Shown here: in pieces, positions 1-9,464 of the stretch
Layout: every line of letters starts with the position of its first letter
Numbering within the stretch: the first letter of the stretch is position 1
Source of the DNA: a virus
Lineage: Duplodnaviria; Caudoviricetes
Strand: one strand, 5' to 3'
DNA: 64,000 nucleotides
IMG/VR virus record: IMGVR_UViG_3300033066_001786
Coordinates: 32,001 to 96,000 of that record
The notes under the pieces: model-generated
The model's input: the letters and a program-made list of their open reading frames with translations, nothing else
Databases searched by the model: none
What the model was told of the DNA's origin: nothing
Program-made: the position numbers and the translations under genes

Positions 1-170
1 TTCTCGATGATAAAAACACTTATACTTGTTTATCTTGGGACGATTATATAACTATGTCCGAGAATATGTCGATGATTAAAACAAACATGATACAGACAAA
101 TAAGTTACTTTGCAACTACAGAAAAGACCTAAACGAAGTCGAATGTCGCATACCTCAAAATCAAAAATAA
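1..170 (+). CDS. 3' end of a partial ORF, possibly o-spanin (Rz1-like)
   Basis: Frame 3 is open to TAA at 168-170: ...TCLSWDDYITMSENMSMIKTNMIQTNKLLCNYRK...; resembles the C-terminal helix of T4-like o-spanins; N-terminus lies outside the window. Confidence 0.35.
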   Translation, partial: LDDKNTYTCLSWDDYITMSENMSMIKTNMIQTNKLLCNYRKDLNEVECRIPQNQK

Positions 171-181
171 TTTAAATATTT

Positions 182-221
182 GATAAATAAACTTGCAATA
201 AGAATTAACCTGCTATATAAT
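182..221 (+). promoter_or_regulatory. Tandem promoters for SSB: late-type GATAAATA (182-189) and sigma70-like TTGCAA-N17-TATAAT (193-221)
   Basis: Motifs read directly from the sequence; canonical 17-bp spacing. Confidence 0.65.
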
Positions 222-301
222 TATTAATATTACGATAGCAGATTAATTTGTTGCAATCGAAAAAGTAAAACAAAAAAGAAAAACAAAAAAGGAAAATAAA
301 A

Positions 302-1294
302 ATGTCTAGTAAACTTGACGAAATCCGTCAGAAGCTCAAAGCTCTCGAAGAAAAACGCTCCCCTAATAAACCACAACCTAAAAAAACATCAGGTATTGGG
401 TATCCTTTTTGGGATATACCCATGGAAAGTACAGCTACTCTCCGTTTGTTACCAGACGGCGACCAAAACAATACCTTTTTCTGGGTTGAAGATCAAACTA
501 TTAAAATTCCATTTCCAGGTATTAAAGGCGGCGACGAAAATAAAAAAGTAACAGTGTTTGTTCCGTGTGTAGAAATGTGGGGAGATCCGTGCCCGATACA
601 TGCAGAAATTAGACCGTGGTATAAAACTGAAGACGAAGAATTAAAAAAACTTGCATCAGTATATTGGAAAAAACGTTCATACTACATGCAAGGTTTCGTA
701 CGTAAAGACCCTATGGGAGAAGCTGAACCGCCAGAGTGTCCAATTCGTAGATTTAAATTTACTCCGCAGTTGTTTAATATTGTTAAAGCTATACTGTTAG
801 ATGAACAAGTTGCAGATGAACCTACAGATTTAGAAAACGGTATCGATTTTAATATTAAGAAATCGCAAAAAGGCGGCTTTCCAGACTACACCCAAAGTCA
901 ATATTCTCGTGTAAGTTCTCCTTTAACACAAACTGAACGCGATGCTATTGAAAAATACGGATTGACAAAACTGTGCGATTATTTGCCTAAACGTCCCGGT
1001 GCAGATGAAGTCGCAGCAATGTATGATATGTTTCAAGCATCAATGGCCGGCGAATTGTACGATGTTGAAAAATGGGGAGCATATTATCGTCCTTATGGTG
1101 TACAGTTTAGTAAAACCGAGAAAGGTGAGAAATCAAAAACAGAAGACCTCGAAATAGTCGAAAGCGGAAACGATTCGATTTCTTTTGAAGAACCAAGTGT
1201 AACTGTAACAGTTGAAGAAACTATTAGCGAACCAGTTGAGCCAAAACAGTCTACACAAGATATATTGGCAATGATTCGCAATCGTAACAAATAA
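302..1294 (+). CDS. gp32-like single-stranded DNA-binding protein
   Basis: LRLLPDGD, Zn-site CVEMWGDPCPIH, YWKKRSY, G-DFNIKK..GGFPDY motifs; acidic linker; upstream of uvsX. Confidence 0.9.
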   Translation: MSSKLDEIRQKLKALEEKRSPNKPQPKKTSGIGYPFWDIPMESTATLRLLPDGDQNNTFFWVEDQTIKIPFPGIKGGDENKKVTVFVPCVEMWGDPCPIHAEIRPWYKTEDEELKKLASVYWKKRSYYMQGFVRKDPMGEAEPPECPIRRFKFTPQLFNIVKAILLDEQVADEPTDLENGIDFNIKKSQKGGFPDYTQSQYSRVSSPLTQTERDAIEKYGLTKLCDYLPKRPGADEVAAMYDMFQASMAGELYDVEKWGAYYRPYGVQFSKTEKGEKSKTEDLEIVESGNDSISFEEPSVTVTVEETISEPVEPKQSTQDILAMIRNRNK

Positions 1295-1320
1295 GATAAA
1301 ACAAAATACGGATATAATTC

Positions 1321-1339
1321 AGGGAGATAATCTCTCCCT
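1321..1339 (+). other. Intergenic stem-loop AGGGAGA-TAATC-TCTCCCT
   Basis: Perfect 7-bp stem without a U-tract; processing/stability element or weak terminator. Confidence 0.5.
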
Positions 1340-1357
1340 AGAATTAAAGGAATAATT

Positions 1358-2425
1358 ATGGCTAAACCATTAGATTTAACAAAATTTAGAAAATCAATTA
1401 CAAAATCAATCGAAGGTATATCTTTTGGGTTTAATGACCCAACTGATTGGATATCGACTGGTAACTATGCACTTAACTACCTTATTAGCGGAGATTTTAA
1501 CAAAGGTGTACCGCTCGGTAAAGTTACAGTATTTGCAGGTTCTTCCGGTGCTGGTAAATCTTATTTTGTTTCGGGTAATATTGTAAAACATGCACAAGAT
1601 ATGGGAATTTTCCCTATAGTAATTGACACAGAAAATGCACTTGACGAAACATGGTTGCATGCACTCGGTGTTGATACATCTGCTGATAAAATGCTCAAGC
1701 TGAGCTTGTGTATGATAGATGACGTTGCAAAAACTATTTCCGAGTTTATGGCGGATTATAAAACATTACCAGAAGAAGATAGACCTAAAGTTTTATTTGT
1801 CATTGATAGTTTAGGTATGTTGCTTACGCCTACAGATGTTAATCAATTTGAAGACGGTAATTTAAAAGGCGATATGGGTAGAAAACCAAAAGCATTAACA
1901 GCACTTGTTCGTAACTGTGTAAATATGTTCGGGTCATATAACGTGGGCATGGTATGTACTAATCATACATATGCAAGTCAAGATATGTTCGATCCAGATG
2001 ACAAAGTGAGTGGCGGTCAGGGTTTCATCTATGCTTCTTCTATAGTAGTAGCTATGAAAAAACTAAAACTAAAAGAAGACGACGACGGCAACAAAACAAC
2101 AGAAGTAAACGGAATAAGATCTGCTTGTAAAATAATGAAAACTAGGTATGCAAAACCGTTTGAATCTGTGCAGGTAAAAATTCCGTATTCTACAGGAATG
2201 AGCCCGTTCAGTGGATTAGTTGATTTGTTTGAAAGCGAAAGCATACTTAAAAAAGAAGGTAATAGTTTATTCTATACTTGTAGCGACGGAACAGTATTGA
2301 AATTCTTCAGAAAAGGATGGGAAGCAAACAAAGAAGGTTGTTTAGACATTGTCATGTCGGAGTTTAGTAATAAAAAAGATCTAGAAGTCAAACCAGAAAT
2401 AGAACAACTTGAAGACGAAGAATAA
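1358..2425 (+). CDS. uvsX: RecA/UvsX recombinase
   Basis: Walker A GSSGAGKS, IDTENA, VIDSLG, GDMGRK, TNHTY, SGGQG. Confidence 0.95.
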   Translation: MAKPLDLTKFRKSITKSIEGISFGFNDPTDWISTGNYALNYLISGDFNKGVPLGKVTVFAGSSGAGKSYFVSGNIVKHAQDMGIFPIVIDTENALDETWLHALGVDTSADKMLKLSLCMIDDVAKTISEFMADYKTLPEEDRPKVLFVIDSLGMLLTPTDVNQFEDGNLKGDMGRKPKALTALVRNCVNMFGSYNVGMVCTNHTYASQDMFDPDDKVSGGQGFIYASSIVVAMKKLKLKEDDDGNKTTEVNGIRSACKIMKTRYAKPFESVQVKIPYSTGMSPFSGLVDLFESESILKKEGNSLFYTCSDGTVLKFFRKGWEANKEGCLDIVMSEFSNKKDLEVKPEIEQLEDEE

Positions 2426-2436
2426 GAGAATAAACA

Positions 2437-2649
2437 ATGTCAAAAGATGTGGAATTAATAACAGATATTTGGTCGGCTATTAAACCTTATTTAAATCCTA
2501 AAGAAAAATTTGATGCAGCATTACAGCTAGTTGAAGTTTTTGATGATCACGGTTTAACTGAGTCGTTCGAAGAAGAACACGTTTCGGATCGTTCATTGCA
2601 AAAAGCATTAAACGAATATTTTGGATTAGACGAGAAGGAAGATGACTGA
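2437..2649 (+). CDS. Small acidic hypothetical protein
   Basis: ORF in operon context between uvsX and uvsY. Confidence 0.7.
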   Translation: MSKDVELITDIWSAIKPYLNPKEKFDAALQLVEVFDDHGLTESFEEEHVSDRSLQKALNEYFGLDEKEDD

Positions 2650-2923
2650 TTATATTAATAAGTTAAAAGAAACAATAAAAACAAAAGACCGGGAAGCAAC
2701 TCTAGTCGTATTAGCTGAAATGCAAGAAGAATTAAAAAATAACGAGACATTAGTTATGGAAATAACTATGCCTGCAGTTATCACAGAATTGCATATGTTG
2801 TTAGTATCAGAGATGAACATTGTACAAAGATTGTTGCAATTAAGAGCAAGGGTTGCAAATAGGCATCGTCGGGCACATTTGTTTTTACAAACTATGATGA
2901 ACGGTGTAAGGCTATCCCCGTGA
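2642..2923 (+). CDS. Hypothetical protein
   Basis: Overlapping stop/start with neighbours. Confidence 0.6.
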   Translation: MTDYINKLKETIKTKDREATLVVLAEMQEELKNNETLVMEITMPAVITELHMLLVSEMNIVQRLLQLRARVANRHRRAHLFLQTMMNGVRLSP

Positions 2924-3384
2924 GTAATTGGTTTAGAACTGTATCAAAGGATATATCTAAAATTCCAGATTGTATTGATTTTTTCGAATCAGAACTTGTA
3001 TCTGCTAGGGTCGAACTTTCAATGAAAGGTAAGACCTTAGAAAAAAACGAAGCAGAATTACCGGGTATTATGGAATATCGTTTTAGGCAACTTCAGGAAA
3101 TTGAAGCAATACTCGAATACTTAAATACTACACTGTCTAAAAAAAGATCTGATACTTTTAAGAAGATATTTGAAAAAAGCGATCGTGCTCTAACTGCAAG
3201 TGTAGCAGAAAAATATGTAAACGGAGATCAAGAAATATACGATTACATGTTACTTGTTAATGAGTTTGCATTGTTGCGTAATCAATACCTTGCAATTACA
3301 AAAGGATTAGAAAGCAAAGGCTGGTGCATGTCTAATATTGTTAGATTACGTTGTGCCGGCTTAGATGATGCTAGGATAGATTAA
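2920..3384 (+). CDS. uvsY: UvsY-like recombination mediator
   Basis: Helical protein with AEKYV.GD and KGLESKGW.MSNIVRLR.AG; located between uvsX and uvsW. Confidence 0.8.
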   Translation: MSNWFRTVSKDISKIPDCIDFFESELVSARVELSMKGKTLEKNEAELPGIMEYRFRQLQEIEAILEYLNTTLSKKRSDTFKKIFEKSDRALTASVAEKYVNGDQEIYDYMLLVNEFALLRNQYLAITKGLESKGWCMSNIVRLRCAGLDDARID

Positions 3385-4835
3385 TGAAACAATGTACGTT
3401 ACATATTTTAGACGAAGTAAATGTTAAATTTGAAGGCTTAGATGTATTAACCAGAAATAAAATGGTTAAGGATTTAAGCTTCTTCTTACCGCATGCGAAA
3501 TTTTCGGCAGCATATAAATTAGGAAGATGGGACGGTAAGATAAGTTTTTGTACTGTGGGCGGAGGTACTTATTTAAATTTATTAGATAAGGTTCTACCAA
3601 CAGTACAATCTTCAGGTTATGAAGTTGCCATAGAAGATCATAGACAGCAGTATGATTTTAGTTTCGAGTCGATTAATGTTAATAGTTATTCCCATTTAAA
3701 ATGGCCAGAGAAACATAATTTAGCAGGTCAGCCAATTATATTAAGAGACCACCAAGTAGAAGCTGTAAATTCGTATTTGCAAAATTTACAAGGGATGGGA
3801 AAGGTCTCCACAGGAAGTGGGAAGACTATTATAACAACAATATTAAGCCACAAAGTTGAAAAATATGGCCGCTCTATTTTAATTGTGCCAAATAAAGATC
3901 TAGTCACACAAACAGAAAGAGACTATAAAAACTTTGGATTAGATGTGGGCGTATTCTATGGCGATAGAAAAGAAATAAATAAAACTCATACTATTTGTAC
4001 TTGGCAAAGTTTGGAAGTTTTAGATAAAAAATCAAAAGATTTTGATTTAGATTTTACAATAGAAGATTTTATGGAAGGTGTAGTTGCTGTAATATGCGAC
4101 GAAGCACATCAAAATAAAGCGGACGTACTTAAGAAACATTTAACAACAACATTTAAAAATATCCCAATACGCTGGGGGATGACAGGTACAATACCTAAAG
4201 CAATAAACGACCAGTATTGCTTATTGCTTACAATAGGACCTGTTATATGCGAAGTTAATGCGTCCGATTTACAAGAAAAAGGTATACTGAGTAAATTACA
4301 TATAAACGTATTGCAAGTTCAAGATTTTGCAACTAATTTTTCAGATTATCAAGCCGAATTGCAGTATTTATTAAGTGACACAAACCGACTAGAAATTCTA
4401 GCAGATAAATTTCAACAAATAGCAGAGACTGGTAATACATTAATTTTAGTAGACAGGATTGAAAGCGGTCAAAAATTATGTAGTATGATAGAAGGCGCAG
4501 TTTTTATTAGTGGTCAAGATAAAGCAAAAGATAGAAAAGAACAATATTCTTCTTTTAGCGATGATGGAAAAATATTAGTTGCTTCTTATGGTATAGCCGC
4601 AGTAGGCATAGACGTTTCTAGAATTTTTAATTTAATATTACTTGAACCTGGAAAAAGTTTTGTTCGTGTTATACAATCGATAGGACGGGGGGTAAGAACA
4701 GCAGCAGATAAAGACTTTGTTAATATATATGATATTACGTCTACTGCAAAATATTCAAAAAAGCACCTAACTGAACGTAAACGTTTTTACAAAGAAGAAA
4801 AATACCCATTTACAATTGAGAAATTAAAATTATAA
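3384..4835 (+). CDS. uvsW: UvsW-like SF2 DNA helicase
   Basis: LRDHQ, STGSGKT, DEAH, GMTGT, QSIGRGVR. Confidence 0.92.
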   Translation: MKQCTLHILDEVNVKFEGLDVLTRNKMVKDLSFFLPHAKFSAAYKLGRWDGKISFCTVGGGTYLNLLDKVLPTVQSSGYEVAIEDHRQQYDFSFESINVNSYSHLKWPEKHNLAGQPIILRDHQVEAVNSYLQNLQGMGKVSTGSGKTIITTILSHKVEKYGRSILIVPNKDLVTQTERDYKNFGLDVGVFYGDRKEINKTHTICTWQSLEVLDKKSKDFDLDFTIEDFMEGVVAVICDEAHQNKADVLKKHLTTTFKNIPIRWGMTGTIPKAINDQYCLLLTIGPVICEVNASDLQEKGILSKLHINVLQVQDFATNFSDYQAELQYLLSDTNRLEILADKFQQIAETGNTLILVDRIESGQKLCSMIEGAVFISGQDKAKDRKEQYSSFSDDGKILVASYGIAAVGIDVSRIFNLILLEPGKSFVRVIQSIGRGVRTAADKDFVNIYDITSTAKYSKKHLTERKRFYKEEKYPFTIEKLKL

Positions 4836-6595
4836 TGAAAGACAAACTGTTATATATAATTAATAGTGTCGGCAACGACACTAGGGAAATTATAAAAAAA
4901 ATTAAAGAAGATTTTAATCTTTATTCTTTTCTATTGTTAGAGATAGGGGAAATAAGCGGCAAAAGTTTATATGATTATATTTACCCTGAGAAGATAAAAG
5001 TATGTACAAGCGAAAAAAATGGAGTATGTAAATATCAATGCTTTTCTGTAGGTTATAGGTTTTGTGGGCCAAGTAATAAATGCGAATGTGCAAAAAAGTC
5101 TGTCAGCGAAAAAACCAAAAATAATAAGTTAATGTATAACGAAGAAAAGAAAACGGAAATAAGAGAAAAAAGAAGGAATACGAACAAAGAAAAATACGGA
5201 GTTATCAATGTTTTTCAACTAGACTATATAAAAAACAAATCGAGAGAAACTAGCATGGAGAAATACGGTGTTAGTTCTCCTAGAAAAGCAGAAATAGTAA
5301 AACAAAAAACAAAAGAAACGTGTTTACAGAAATACGGAGTTGATAATCCGTTAAAGTCTACTAGTGTGCAGCAGAAAACGAAAGAAACATGTTTAGATAG
5401 GTACGGTGTTGAAAATCCGTTAATGCTATCTAGTATAAGAAATAAAGCAAAAGAAACATGCGTGGAAAGATATGGCGTCGAAAACCCTAATAGCGATGTA
5501 AATATAAGAAATAAAGCAAAAGAAACATGTATAGATAAGTACGGAGTTGAAAACCCTGCATATAAACATATGTCAGTTGGTCTTCTTGAAAAATTAGAAA
5601 ATAGTCACGAGATACATAAGCTAAATGAAACTAATAGTATTTTTGGTATTTCTAAACTTTATAATGTGTCCCCGAGTGCAATAGAAAAATCATTAACAAA
5701 AGGTGGATACGAAATAGTAAGACATACTAATAGTTCTCATTACGAAGACTTTATCTACAACATAGTTATTAATAACGGTGTTAATGCAATTAAGAACGAT
5801 AGGACTATTTTATCTCCAAGAGAAATCGATGTATATATACCTGAAGAAAAATTAGCAATTGAAGTAAATGGTTCGTATTATCATTGTGAAAAAGGTGGTA
5901 AGAAAACGAGCAATTACCATTTACAAAAAACATTAGACTGCGAAGAAAAAAATATCAGGCTAATACATTTTTCTTCGGTAGAAATAGACACTAAACCAAA
6001 AATTGTCGAATCTATTACGGCTACAAGCCTTGGCAAATATAAGAATAAATATTATGCTAGAAAATGCACCGTTGGACGATTAGACTATAAAGACATGGAA
6101 CTTACATCGTTTTTAAATAATACTCATCTTCAAGGGTACACCGGTTGTAAAATTGCATATGTTTTAAAAGTGGAAGATAAAATTGTATCAGCTATGACAT
6201 TTGGTAAGCCTAGATACAACAATAAGTACGATTGGGAATTAATAAGATACGCTGTAGATTTAAACACTACAATAGTCGGCGGTGCCGAAAGATTGTTTTC
6301 TTCTTTTATTAAGGACATAAAACCTGAAAATGTCATATCTTATTGCGATATATCTAAATTTAAAGGAAATGTTTATCCTAAATTGGGTTTTACTTTCTTG
6401 CATCGTTCTAAACCTAGTTATAAATATACTAAAGACTATATAGTCTTTGAAAGTAGGGTAAAATATCAAAAACATAAACTGCCTAATATTTTGAAAGAAT
6501 ACAACGAAGAAAATTCAGAATGGGAGAACATGTTAGCTAATGGATATGACCGTTATTGGGATTGTGGAAACGATGTATGGGTTTGGAAAAATTAA
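4835..6595 (+). mobile_element. Free-standing Hef/Vsr-like homing-endonuclease-type gene: Cys cluster, 23-aa YGV repeats, PD-(D/E)XK nuclease, C-terminal GNAT (Mom-like) domain
   Basis: REIDVYIPEEKLAIEVNGSYYH nuclease motif; WELIRYA...GGAERLF...ISYCD...GNVYPKLGF; inserted directly after uvsW. Confidence 0.7.
5170..5560 (+). repeat. Six in-frame 69-nt (23-aa) repeats K(T/A)KETC..(K/R)YGV(E/D)NP
   Basis: YGV codons recur every 69 nt from about 5195 to 5540. Confidence 0.9.
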
Positions 6596-6597
6596 AA

Positions 6598-6631
6598 TTG
6601 TAATAATGCTAATTTAATGTTAGTATAAATA
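6598..6631 (+). promoter_or_regulatory. Sigma70-like TTGTAA-N17-TAGTAT (extended -10 TG) overlapping a T4-type late TATAAATA (6624-6631)
   Basis: Motif spacing in the intergenic region. Confidence 0.55.
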
Positions 6632-6644
6632 AAAAGAGAATAAC

Positions 6645-7148
6645 ATGTTAATACTTACTCCCGAAAACAGATCATATGATTTAAATAAAGTACCTTCCGA
6701 AGTAGAAGATCTTAGATATTGTGTTTTAGATTGTTCTAATAAAAAAGACATTGATTATTATTATCTACCTCTTGTATTTTTAGAAAGTTACACTTCGCCT
6801 GCTATTGTTTTAGAAATAGGCGATAAAATAGTACAAATGCCACTTGATTGGTCGATACTGGTTTGCGACGAAGACTACAGCACAATCGAAATAATGTCAC
6901 TTACTAAACTAGACGAGAGAGGATTGCATACATTAGTTTATAATCCTTTTAAACATATGTTTCCTGTTCCTGCAGAAGTAAATGTAGTTAATGTGTTTGC
7001 CGAAGTAAAATGGTATTTTCCAAAATTAAAAAACGGCCACGTATTAGTAGTGCCAATTGAAGAAGGCGATACTCCTAAATGTGTGTTGTTTGTGAAGGAT
7101 TTATCTAAATTACCAGATTCGATTGATGTAGCCGAATTGTTCCAATAG
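6645..7148 (+). CDS. Hypothetical protein, probable degenerate Hint fold
   Basis: Beta-strand pattern resembles Hint blocks; catalytic Cys1 and block-B His absent. Confidence 0.5.
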   Translation: MLILTPENRSYDLNKVPSEVEDLRYCVLDCSNKKDIDYYYLPLVFLESYTSPAIVLEIGDKIVQMPLDWSILVCDEDYSTIEIMSLTKLDERGLHTLVYNPFKHMFPVPAEVNVVNVFAEVKWYFPKLKNGHVLVVPIEEGDTPKCVLFVKDLSKLPDSIDVAELFQ

Positions 7149-7339
7149 TGGTTACTAGGTTTGAAACAGATATACCTTCTACTTTTTATAACGACTATAA
7201 AAAGAAGTTAAAAGATAAGAATATAACAGTAGGTGTTAATTTCGCCAAAAAGACACTTTATTTTCTAGTTACAAACTCAAAAGAAGCAATGTTATTAAAA
7301 TTAAAAGGCAACGAAGCATTTAAAGAATGGCTAAATTAG
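7148..7339 (+). CDS. Small hypothetical protein (EAMLLKLK family)
   Basis: GTG start coupled to upstream stop; motif shared with ORFs at 38595, 39607 and 40734. Confidence 0.55.
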   Translation: MVTRFETDIPSTFYNDYKKKLKDKNITVGVNFAKKTLYFLVTNSKEAMLLKLKGNEAFKEWLN

Positions 7340-7779
7340 ATTTAAAACAAGTTTTACAAAAAGCAGATTGCAACGACTACGGCTTTTACAGTAAATTAGA
7401 AGCAGACGAAAAGAAAGAAATTTCACCTTGGGTTCTTATGCGCTTCATGAGTAGTTGTAGCGGAGTATACCCGGAGCACTATTTACTTTGTGTAAACGAT
7501 ATTGTAAATTGCGATTTTAATACATTATCAAAACATAAAGAATTACAATGGAAATTATTATCTGTGTGCGGAGTAGGTAATAAACAGTACCACCCGTGGA
7601 TTGCCCCAGGTAAAGGGCAAAAAAAGAATAAAATAGAACTATTTGTGTTAGAACTGTATCCGCATTTTAAGAACGACGATATAGAATTATTTTTGTTAAA
7701 ACACACAGTTGATGACTTGATATTGTTGGCTAAACAACACGGTTACAGTGATGATGAAATTGAAAATTTCACAAAATGA
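7327..7779 (+). CDS. Clamp loader small subunit (gp62-like)
   Basis: SPWVLMRFMS, KHKELQWKLL, HPWI, ELYPH pattern typical of gp62-like proteins in large T4-like phages. Confidence 0.65.
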   Translation: MAKLDLKQVLQKADCNDYGFYSKLEADEKKEISPWVLMRFMSSCSGVYPEHYLLCVNDIVNCDFNTLSKHKELQWKLLSVCGVGNKQYHPWIAPGKGQKKNKIELFVLELYPHFKNDDIELFLLKHTVDDLILLAKQHGYSDDEIENFTK

Positions 7780-8443
7780 GTGTAAGTTCTGTAAGAAAAC
7801 TTTTTCAACTGAGAGGACTCTTTCGGTTCATAAGTGCGTAAAGAAACAGCGATATTTAGACAAAGACACAGTTGGCAGCAAGTTAGGGTTTAGGGTATAC
7901 CAACGTTTTTATGAATTGTCAACTGTAACTAAGAACCCTAAATCTTTCCTTGATTTTATAGATAGCAAATACTACCTCTCTTTTATAAAATTTGGGCGAC
8001 ACTTAGTTGATTTAAATCCAGTTGATACAAATTCGTTTGTTGATTATGTTATTATGGAAGGTGTAAGATTAGACGACTGGTGTAAAGATAAGGTGTATTA
8101 CGCATTCCTTAAAAAGTTCATTGAGAATGAATCAGTTGATAGGGCACTTGAGCGTACAATATTAGAAATGGAAAACTGGTGTAATATAAATAACACACAG
8201 CTTGTAGATTTCTTCTCAGATATAGGCACAATAGAAGCTACTTTTTTAATAAGAAGTGGAAAAATTAGTCCATGGGTGTTATATATATCGAATACTTCTT
8301 CGAATTTATTAAACCAGATGACAACTGAACAAGGTAATATGCTAAAAGAAGTAATAGACCCATTATTCTGGGCTGACATATTTTCTAAAAAAACCAACGA
8401 TGTGCAATTTGCTAAACAAGTATTGGAAGCGGCAAAATTATGA
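7748..8443 (+). CDS. Protein with N-terminal zinc finger
   Basis: CKFCKKTF...LSVHKC. Confidence 0.7.
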   Translation: MMMKLKISQNECKFCKKTFSTERTLSVHKCVKKQRYLDKDTVGSKLGFRVYQRFYELSTVTKNPKSFLDFIDSKYYLSFIKFGRHLVDLNPVDTNSFVDYVIMEGVRLDDWCKDKVYYAFLKKFIENESVDRALERTILEMENWCNINNTQLVDFFSDIGTIEATFLIRSGKISPWVLYISNTSSNLLNQMTTEQGNMLKEVIDPLFWADIFSKKTNDVQFAKQVLEAAKL

Positions 8444-9033
8444 TATATCAAGTATACGATACTGACGTAGACATCGATATATTACATCGAGATAAGGCAT
8501 TGGAATTATTTCCAAGTGCTGTCCCATCGATGATACTAAAAGACGATAAATGCACAAAACATAATTCCGGTGTTTATTTCCAAGATATGTACGTTGACCC
8601 ATATACTAATATAAGTACGATAGACTATAAAGATGCTGAGAATTTTGGATTTTTTAAAATTGATTTCTTAACAAACACTTTCTACGAAGGCGTTAAAGAT
8701 GAAAAACATCTTGTAAAATTAATAAATGAAGAACCAGATTGGGATTTATTAATGTACGAAGAGGTTGTTAGCAACCTTTTTCAGATTAGTAATTATTACA
8801 ACTTAATAGTTCAGAAGAAGCCAAAATCAGTTGAAGAATTGGCAATGTTTATTGCATTATTACGCCCTGGAAAAGCACAGTATAAGAATTTAACCTGGGA
8901 AGAAATATCTAAAGTTATATGGGTTAAAGATAACAACGAAAAATATCATTTTAAGAAAAGCCACAGTATAGCTTATGCAACAGTTATTGTGGTTCAATTA
9001 AATTTGTTAAAAGATCTTACTTCTGCTTCTTAA
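8440..9033 (+). CDS. DnaE (Pol III alpha)-like catalytic fragment, C-terminal half of palm plus fingers
   Basis: DTDVDID, KHNSGVY, GFFKIDFL, LFQI, FIALLRPG, FKKSHSIAYA match the DnaE motifs in order. Confidence 0.85.
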   Translation: MIYQVYDTDVDIDILHRDKALELFPSAVPSMILKDDKCTKHNSGVYFQDMYVDPYTNISTIDYKDAENFGFFKIDFLTNTFYEGVKDEKHLVKLINEEPDWDLLMYEEVVSNLFQISNYYNLIVQKKPKSVEELAMFIALLRPGKAQYKNLTWEEISKVIWVKDNNEKYHFKKSHSIAYATVIVVQLNLLKDLTSAS

Positions 9034-9376
9034 CTAAGGATATGTGCCGTCTTTTTACTCTTCGCTGTAGTATATCGTTTAAAGAAGTGCAAGGACCGAC
9101 TATATCTTCTATATCCTTCCTTGGTATATTTTTAATACAATATCTAAATTTACGCATTTCTTCTCCAACGAAAATAGATATTGGTAATAAACGATTAGAT
9201 TCGTTCCACCAGTTATCGCCGTGTTTTAAAAATTCTTCTTTGTGTGAGGCTTTTACAGTTGCAAAATCGTAAAAACTTAACATTTCGTCATCTGAATTTA
9301 AAATTATACCTACTAGCTCTTCTTCTAGGTATTTAACTATGCTTAAAAATGGAAATGCGCTTAAAATATCACTCAT
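9017..9376 (-). CDS. Hypothetical late protein, apparently leaderless
   Basis: 119-aa ORF; GATAAATA lies 5 nt before the ATG. Confidence 0.75.
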   Translation of the reverse strand: MSDILSAFPFLSIVKYLEEELVGIILNSDDEMLSFYDFATVKASHKEEFLKHGDNWWNESNRLLPISIFVGEEMRKFRYCIKNIPRKDIEDIVGPCTSLNDILQRRVKRRHISLVKKQK

Positions 9377-9381
9377 ACCTT

Positions 9382-9389
9382 TATTTATC
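9382..9389 (-). promoter_or_regulatory. Late promoter motif GATAAATA
   Basis: tatttatc on the + strand, intergenic. Confidence 0.7.
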
Positions 9390-9412
9390 TTTTTAAAAAC
9401 CGATAAGCCAAT

Positions 9413-9441
9413 TTGCGGAATAAGTTATAATGTTGTATACT
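9413..9441 (+). promoter_or_regulatory. Sigma70-like promoter TTGCGG-N17-TATACT for primase
   Basis: Spacing and position. Confidence 0.5.
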
Positions 9442-9464
9442 GTGAAAAATAAGAATAATAGAAT

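Noticed and set aside
5170-5560. Regularly spaced repeats suggesting a CRISPR array
   Set aside because: Degenerate at third codon positions and in-frame within a CDS; protein repeats, not repeat-spacer units
8440-9033. DnaE halves as pseudogene debris or a split-intein pair
   Set aside because: Both are clean ORFs coupled to neighbours with catalytic residues kept; no intein N- or C-terminal motifs on either
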